Assembly: GCF_009765685.1 (NCBI RefSeq) | Contig: NZ_LMUY01000043.1 | Coordinates: 1,120 to 65,119, forward strand | Reading direction: 5' to 3' | From: Acidisphaera sp. L21 | Lineage (GTDB): Bacteria; Pseudomonadota; Alphaproteobacteria; Acetobacterales; Acetobacteraceae | DNA length: 64,000 nt | Part shown: positions 59,408 through 64,000 of the stretch, one piece after another | How the letters are laid out: every line of letters begins with the position of its first letter | Position numbering within the stretch: the first letter of the stretch is position 1 | Notes under the pieces: generated by a model | Told to the model about the DNA's origin: nothing | Database searches by the model: none | The model's input: only the letters and a program-made list of their open reading frames with translations | Translations under genes and position numbers: made by a program

Positions 59408-60337
59408 TCAGCGGGTCGAATAGGCGGCTCGGCAGACGGACATCACGGCGTCGCGTAGCCAACGATGCGCCGGGTCGGCGTCCATGCGGGGATGCCACAT
59501 GGCGGAGATCATGAAGGCCGGCGTGGGGAATGGGATCTCGAATCGTGCGAGGCCCGAGCTGATTTCGTGGCCATTGGCGGGTTTATTGCCAAAGCAGGAC
59601 CGGGGCACGAGCGTCACCAGATCCGATTGGCTCGCGATCCGCATTGCATCCGGGTAGCCCGGCACGACGACGCGGATTGCCCGTTTGAGGCCCAGCGTTG
59701 CCAGCGCGTCATCGACGGATTGTACGACATTGCCGTCGCGGGACGCCACGACGTGGCCGCAGGCGGCATAGCGTTCGGGCGTCGCGCCTGGGTCGGTGAG
59801 CAGAGCATGGCCCACCCGTGCCACGCCGATGAACGAGTCCTGGAACAGGGATTGGGTGCGTATTTCCGGCGCGGAGCCGCCGAGCACACCGATTTCGAGA
59901 TCAATCAGGCCTTCCCGAAGCGGCGCTGCATCCTTGTCCGGTTTGGGTGCGAAGCGGAGGCGGACACGCGGCGCGGCGTGGGTGATGGCGGCCACGACGG
60001 GAGCGGCCAGGAACTCCATGAACGCCTCGCTGGCGCGGATCGTGAACGTCAGTTCGAGCGAGGCGATGTCCAGATCGCTGATTTGCGGCCGGAGCACCGC
60101 CTGCACGTCACGGGTGAGTGCGTGAACGCGCTCGCGCAATTCGGTCGCCCGCGGGGTCGGCACCAGGCCACGGCCGGCGCGCACGAGGAGTGGATCGGCG
60201 GTTGCCGCGCGAAGCCGGGCCAGGGTGCGGCTCATGGCGGAGGCGCTGAGGCGGAGGCGACGGGCGGCGCCGGTGACGCTGCCCTCGGCCAGTAGAGCGT
60301 CCAGTGCGACGAGCAGGTTGAGATCCAGGTCATTCAT
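59408..60337 (-). CDS. LysR-family transcriptional regulator
   Basis: MNDLDLNLLVALDALLAEGSVTGAARRLRLSASAMSRTLARLR. Start ATG 60337. Confidence 0.85.
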   Translation of the reverse strand: MNDLDLNLLVALDALLAEGSVTGAARRLRLSASAMSRTLARLRAATADPLLVRAGRGLVPTPRATELRERVHALTRDVQAVLRPQISDLDIASLELTFTIRASEAFMEFLAAPVVAAITHAAPRVRLRFAPKPDKDAAPLREGLIDLEIGVLGGSAPEIRTQSLFQDSFIGVARVGHALLTDPGATPERYAACGHVVASRDGNVVQSVDDALATLGLKRAIRVVVPGYPDAMRIASQSDLVTLVPRSCFGNKPANGHEISSGLARFEIPFPTPAFMISAMWHPRMDADPAHRWLRDAVMSVCRAAYSTR

Positions 60338-60451
60338 CACCCGAGCATAGGACATGGCGCGAGGTGCAACTATAGTGTGCAATCGATGCGTCTGGCGCTG
60401 AGTGGGTGGCGTGGCCATAGTCTTGGCCGGTGACGCGAGAGGATTTGCGCA

Positions 60452-61150
60452 ATGCCTATACCCAGCACGATTCTGATTATCGGCGCCTCGCGTGGCCTTG
60501 GTCATGCCATGGCTGCGGCGTTCCTGGAGAAGGGATGGACCATCGTTGGCACGGTTCGCGAGGGCGGAAGGCGGACTCTTCTGCACGACCTGGCGGACGA
60601 GTTCGCTGGGCGGGTGGAGATCGAAACGGTCGACATCTGCGCGCCGGATCAGGTGGCCGCATTACGGGACCGGCTGTCGGGCAGAATGTTCGAAATCCTG
60701 TTCGTGAACGCCGGCACCACCAACAACCCGGCGGAAACAATCGCGGACGTGACGACGGACGAGTTCGTGCGCGTCATGGTGACGAATGCGCTGAGCCCGA
60801 TGCGGGTCATCGAGAGCTTGGAGCACTGCGTTGCCACCACGGGCACGATTGGTGTGATGTCGTCCGGCCAAGGCAGCGTGAGCAACAACGAGACCGGCAT
60901 GCGCGAGGTCTATCGCGGCAGCAAGGCGGCGCTGAACATGTTCATGCGGAGCTTCGCAGCACGCCACGCCGGATCGGCACGCGCGATGGTGCTGATGGCG
61001 CCGGGCTGGGTTCGCACCGAATTGGGCGGCCCGGATGGGCGGCTGAGCATCGAGGAAAGCGTGCCTAAGCTGGTGAACGTGCTGCTGTCGCAGCAGGGCA
61101 CGCCGGGCCTGCAGTATCTCGATTATCTGGGCCGCACCGTCCCTTGGTGA
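60452..61150 (+). CDS. SDR-family oxidoreductase
   Basis: ILIIGASRGLGHAMA, NAG, S...YRGSK motifs. 232 aa. Divergent from the LysR gene. Confidence 0.85.
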   Translation: MPIPSTILIIGASRGLGHAMAAAFLEKGWTIVGTVREGGRRTLLHDLADEFAGRVEIETVDICAPDQVAALRDRLSGRMFEILFVNAGTTNNPAETIADVTTDEFVRVMVTNALSPMRVIESLEHCVATTGTIGVMSSGQGSVSNNETGMREVYRGSKAALNMFMRSFAARHAGSARAMVLMAPGWVRTELGGPDGRLSIEESVPKLVNVLLSQQGTPGLQYLDYLGRTVPW

Positions 61151-61172
61151 GCGCCTCGCCCGGCTCGATGTT

Positions 61173-62201
61173 CTAGGCCGTGGTGCGGGACACCACGCCG
61201 ACGCGGGTTTCCACCGCGTCCGGCAAAGCGGGTTCCATCGGGCGGCTGCCATAGCGGCGGGCCAGGGTCGCGCACAGCATCAGTTGCAGCTGATGGAACA
61301 ACATCAGCGGCAGCACGATGAGCCCCACTTGCGAGCCGGCGAAGAGCACGCTGGCCATGGGGAGGCCGCTGGCGAGGCTTTTCTTGGAGCCGCAGAAGAC
61401 GACGACGATCTCGTCCTCCACCGGGAAGCGCAGGATGTAGCGGCTGACGATGGTGGTGATGGCGAGCACCAGCAGCAGCAACACCAGAGAGATGGCGACC
61501 AGCGTGCCGAGGCTGGCAAGGTCCAGTTGGTGCCAGACGCCGGACACGACGCCTTCGCTGAAGGCTGTGTAGATGACCAGCAGGATGGAACCACGGTCGA
61601 CGAAGCCGAGAGAGGATTTGTTCCGGGTCAGCCAGCCGTTGATCCAGGGGCGTAGCGCCTGCCCGGCCATGAACGGCAGCAGCAATTGGGTGATGATGTC
61701 CAGCAGCACGCCGAACGAGAAGCCGCCGCTTTGCGTGTGCATCAGGAACGCAGCCAGCAGCGGGGTGGCGAAGATGCCGATGAGGTTGGAGGCGGACGCG
61801 CTGCACAGGGCGGCGGCGACGTTACCCTTGGCGATGGAGGTGAAGGCGATCGAGGACTGCACGGTGGAGGGCAGCACGCAGAGGAACATCAGGCCGTTGT
61901 AGAGCGAGCGCGGCAGGATGCTTTCGGGCAGGTAGCCCAGCGCCAGGCCGAGGGCGGGGAAGAGTACGAAGGTCGACAGCAGCACCACGCCGTGCAGCCG
62001 CCAATGCGTCAGCCCCGTCAGCGCGGCCTGCGGGGACAGCTTGGCGCCATACATGAAGAACAGGATGCCGATGGCGAGCGTGGCCGCCCAGTTCGCGATG
62101 GTCGCGCCCATGCCGGTCGCCGGCAGGATGGAGGCGATGCCGACGGTGGCCACCATCATCAGGATGTAGGGGTCGATCGGGGAGCGGAATTTGCGCGCCA
62201 T
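61173..62201 (-). CDS. Bile acid:sodium symporter (BASS/YfeH-like) family transporter
   Basis: ~10 TM. CVLPSTVQSSIAFTSIAKGNVAAAL is typical of the BASS family. 342 aa. Confidence 0.8.
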   Translation of the reverse strand: MARKFRSPIDPYILMMVATVGIASILPATGMGATIANWAATLAIGILFFMYGAKLSPQAALTGLTHWRLHGVVLLSTFVLFPALGLALGYLPESILPRSLYNGLMFLCVLPSTVQSSIAFTSIAKGNVAAALCSASASNLIGIFATPLLAAFLMHTQSGGFSFGVLLDIITQLLLPFMAGQALRPWINGWLTRNKSSLGFVDRGSILLVIYTAFSEGVVSGVWHQLDLASLGTLVAISLVLLLLVLAITTIVSRYILRFPVEDEIVVVFCGSKKSLASGLPMASVLFAGSQVGLIVLPLMLFHQLQLMLCATLARRYGSRPMEPALPDAVETRVGVVSRTTA

Positions 62202-62295
62202 CTTGCCAGCCTTCGTTGCCTCGACATTCTTCTAACCCGGGAAGCGCGTGGTTGGGGACATTCACTGTTATCGTGATTTGCGATAACCAGAGGCG

Positions 62296-63147
62296 ATGTT
62301 GGACCCTACTCTGCTGCGCAGTTTCGACGCCGTGGTGCAAACGCGCAGCTTTACCGAGGCGGCGAGCCGGCTGCGGCTGGCGCAATCCACCATCAGCGGG
62401 CACGTGGCACGGCTGGAGCGGTCCTGCGGGCGGCGGCTGTTCGTGCGCGACACCCATAGCGTGACGTTGACGCTGGACGGGGAGGCGATGGCCGGGTTCG
62501 CCCGCAGCGTGTTGCAGGCGGAGGACCGTGCGCGGCGGCACTTCACCGCGTCCAGCCTGCGGGGGCGGCTGCGGTTCGGCGTGTCGGAGGATCTGGTATT
62601 GCGTGGCCTGCCGGAGGTGCTGCGGCAATTCGTGCAGACGCACCAGGCCGTGGATCTGGAACTGACGGTGGGTCTGAGCGGGTCCCTGCACGAGCAGTTG
62701 CAGGGCGGCGCGCTGGACCTGATCTTCGTCAAGCGCACCCGCCCCGGGCCGCAAGGGGAGACGGTGTGGCGGGAACGGCTGGCCTGGATCGGCCGGCCGG
62801 ACATTCGGCTGGACCCGTCCCTGCCCGTCCCGCTGATCTTGTTGGCGCCGCCCAGCATTACCCGGCTGCGGGCGCTGGACGTGCTGGAGGCGGCGGGCCG
62901 CGCCTGGCGGGTGGTGTGCACCAGCTTTTCCCAAAGCGGCAGCTATGCCGCAGCGCTGGCGGGGTTGGGCGTGGCGCCGCATGCCGTGTCGCTGGTGCCA
63001 CCGGACCTGGCCGAGGTCGAGTTGGGACTGCCGCCGTTGGGTGAAATCGACTTCGTCGTGCTGGGCAATGCCGGCGTCGCCGCAAGGGCATTGGCCCGGT
63101 TGATCCTGGACAGCGCGCCGTTGCTCCAAGGCGGTCTGCCCGGCTAG
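62296..63147 (+). CDS. LysR-family transcriptional regulator
   Basis: MLDPTLLRSFDAVVQTRSFTEAASRLRLAQSTISGHVARLER. Divergent from the BASS transporter gene. Confidence 0.9.
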   Translation: MLDPTLLRSFDAVVQTRSFTEAASRLRLAQSTISGHVARLERSCGRRLFVRDTHSVTLTLDGEAMAGFARSVLQAEDRARRHFTASSLRGRLRFGVSEDLVLRGLPEVLRQFVQTHQAVDLELTVGLSGSLHEQLQGGALDLIFVKRTRPGPQGETVWRERLAWIGRPDIRLDPSLPVPLILLAPPSITRLRALDVLEAAGRAWRVVCTSFSQSGSYAAALAGLGVAPHAVSLVPPDLAEVELGLPPLGEIDFVVLGNAGVAARALARLILDSAPLLQGGLPG

Positions 63148-63303
63148 GGCGCGGGGTCTCATGCGATGAGCGCATCGTTTCGACACCCTGAACGAGCCGT
63201 TATTGAATTGACCCAACGGGTGATATTAATCTCGGGATAAGAGGGTGCGGTTGTTTCGCTCCGCCTGCCGTGGCAAAACACCGAAATACGAAGGCATGGT
63301 TGC

Positions 63304-64000
63304 ATGACCGACACACTGATTGTCGGGGCTGGTCCATACGGGCTGTCTCTGGCCGCCTTTCTGCGGGGTAGGGCCGAATTCGAGATCGCTGGCGACCCGA
63401 TGGGTGCGTGGAGCGCGAGCATGCCAGAGGGCATGCACCTGAAATCCGAAGGCTTCGCATCGACGCTGTATGAGCCGGCAGGGCTAGACACACTGGCTGC
63501 GTTCTGCGCCGCCGAGGGCATTGCCTACGCCGACACCGGCATCCCCGTCAGTCTGGGTACCTTCGTGGCCTACGGAAAGGCGTTCCAGAAGCGCCACGTG
63601 CCGAATGTGCAGGAGCGCACCGTCACCGCGATCCGGCAGATCGCAAAGGGGTTCGAGACGATTTTCGCCGATGGGGGCCGCATGCGATCGCGCCGGGTGG
63701 TGATGGCGGGGGGCGTGCAGCATTACGCGCAGGTGCCGCCTGTGTTGGGGGGCCTGCCGCCGGCGTTGCTCAGCCATAGCGCCGACCATCACAGCCTGGC
63801 GCAGTTCGCAGGGCAGTCGGTGGCGGTCATCGGCGGCGGGTCGTCGGCGATGGACATTGCGGCTGCCTTGCGCCGGGTGGGCGCCATCGCCACCATCATC
63901 GCCCGGCGCAACACCGTGCGATTTCAGACGCCGCTGGGGCGCCGCAGCCTGCGGGACAAAATCCGCACGCCGATGACGTCGATCGGGCCGGGCTGGAAGT
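63304..64000 (+). CDS. FAD/NAD(P)-binding oxidoreductase (flavin monooxygenase-like), 3'-truncated by window end
   Basis: MTDTLIVGAGPYGLSLAA (GxGxxG dinucleotide fold) and second AVIGGGSSAMD motif. Runs off the window end. Confidence 0.6.
   Translation, partial: MTDTLIVGAGPYGLSLAAFLRGRAEFEIAGDPMGAWSASMPEGMHLKSEGFASTLYEPAGLDTLAAFCAAEGIAYADTGIPVSLGTFVAYGKAFQKRHVPNVQERTVTAIRQIAKGFETIFADGGRMRSRRVVMAGGVQHYAQVPPVLGGLPPALLSHSADHHSLAQFAGQSVAVIGGGSSAMDIAAALRRVGAIATIIARRNTVRFQTPLGRRSLRDKIRTPMTSIGPGWK

Overview
High-GC (~65-68%) alphaproteobacterial chromosome segment; Acetobacteraceae-like is an inference from the two Hint-type and repeat-rich giant exported proteins plus overall composition. The left ~24 kb reads as a horizontally acquired island. 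It opens with a tyrosine integrase (16-1722), a hypothetical gene and a serine recombinase, followed by a 1003-aa metzincin-repeat protein and an MCP. A markedly lower-GC block (~8.3-23.9 kb, roughly 45-55% GC by eye) then carries: an ASCH protein; a tightly packed three-gene cassette ending in a standalone ComEC-type MBL nuclease-like protein (10194-12564); an XRE repressor divergent from a small gene; an HUH Rep-like protein whose 5' end carries a perfect (GAGAA)x9 pentanucleotide tract; ArsR-like genes; lipoproteins; and three decayed copies of one small-gene family. From ~24 kb the sequence is core-like. Calls there include: acyltransferase-3, a 1110-aa S8-protease/Hint-domain protein, CMD, flotillin, LysR, Tam, a soluble MCP with inverted domain order, CPA2 antiporter, LuxR, response regulator, SDRs, GNAT, Ada, MFS, ArsR, NIPSNAP, PEP-mutase/ICL-family, PNPOx-like, MocR, ECF sigma/anti-sigma with partner lipoprotein, a GntR-RraA-IlvD/EDD sugar-acid-like cluster, PotABCD-type ABC transporter, SLT-SPOR lytic transglycosylase, BASS transporter and a partial FAD oxidoreductase. 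Two separate 16-17 bp tandem arrays sit exactly at gene 3' ends and supply the stop codons. No rRNA, tRNA or CRISPR was found. All calls rest on motif reading of the supplied translations, with no database searches. Many starts were re-chosen inside the listed ORFs where an internal Met plus RBS fitted better.
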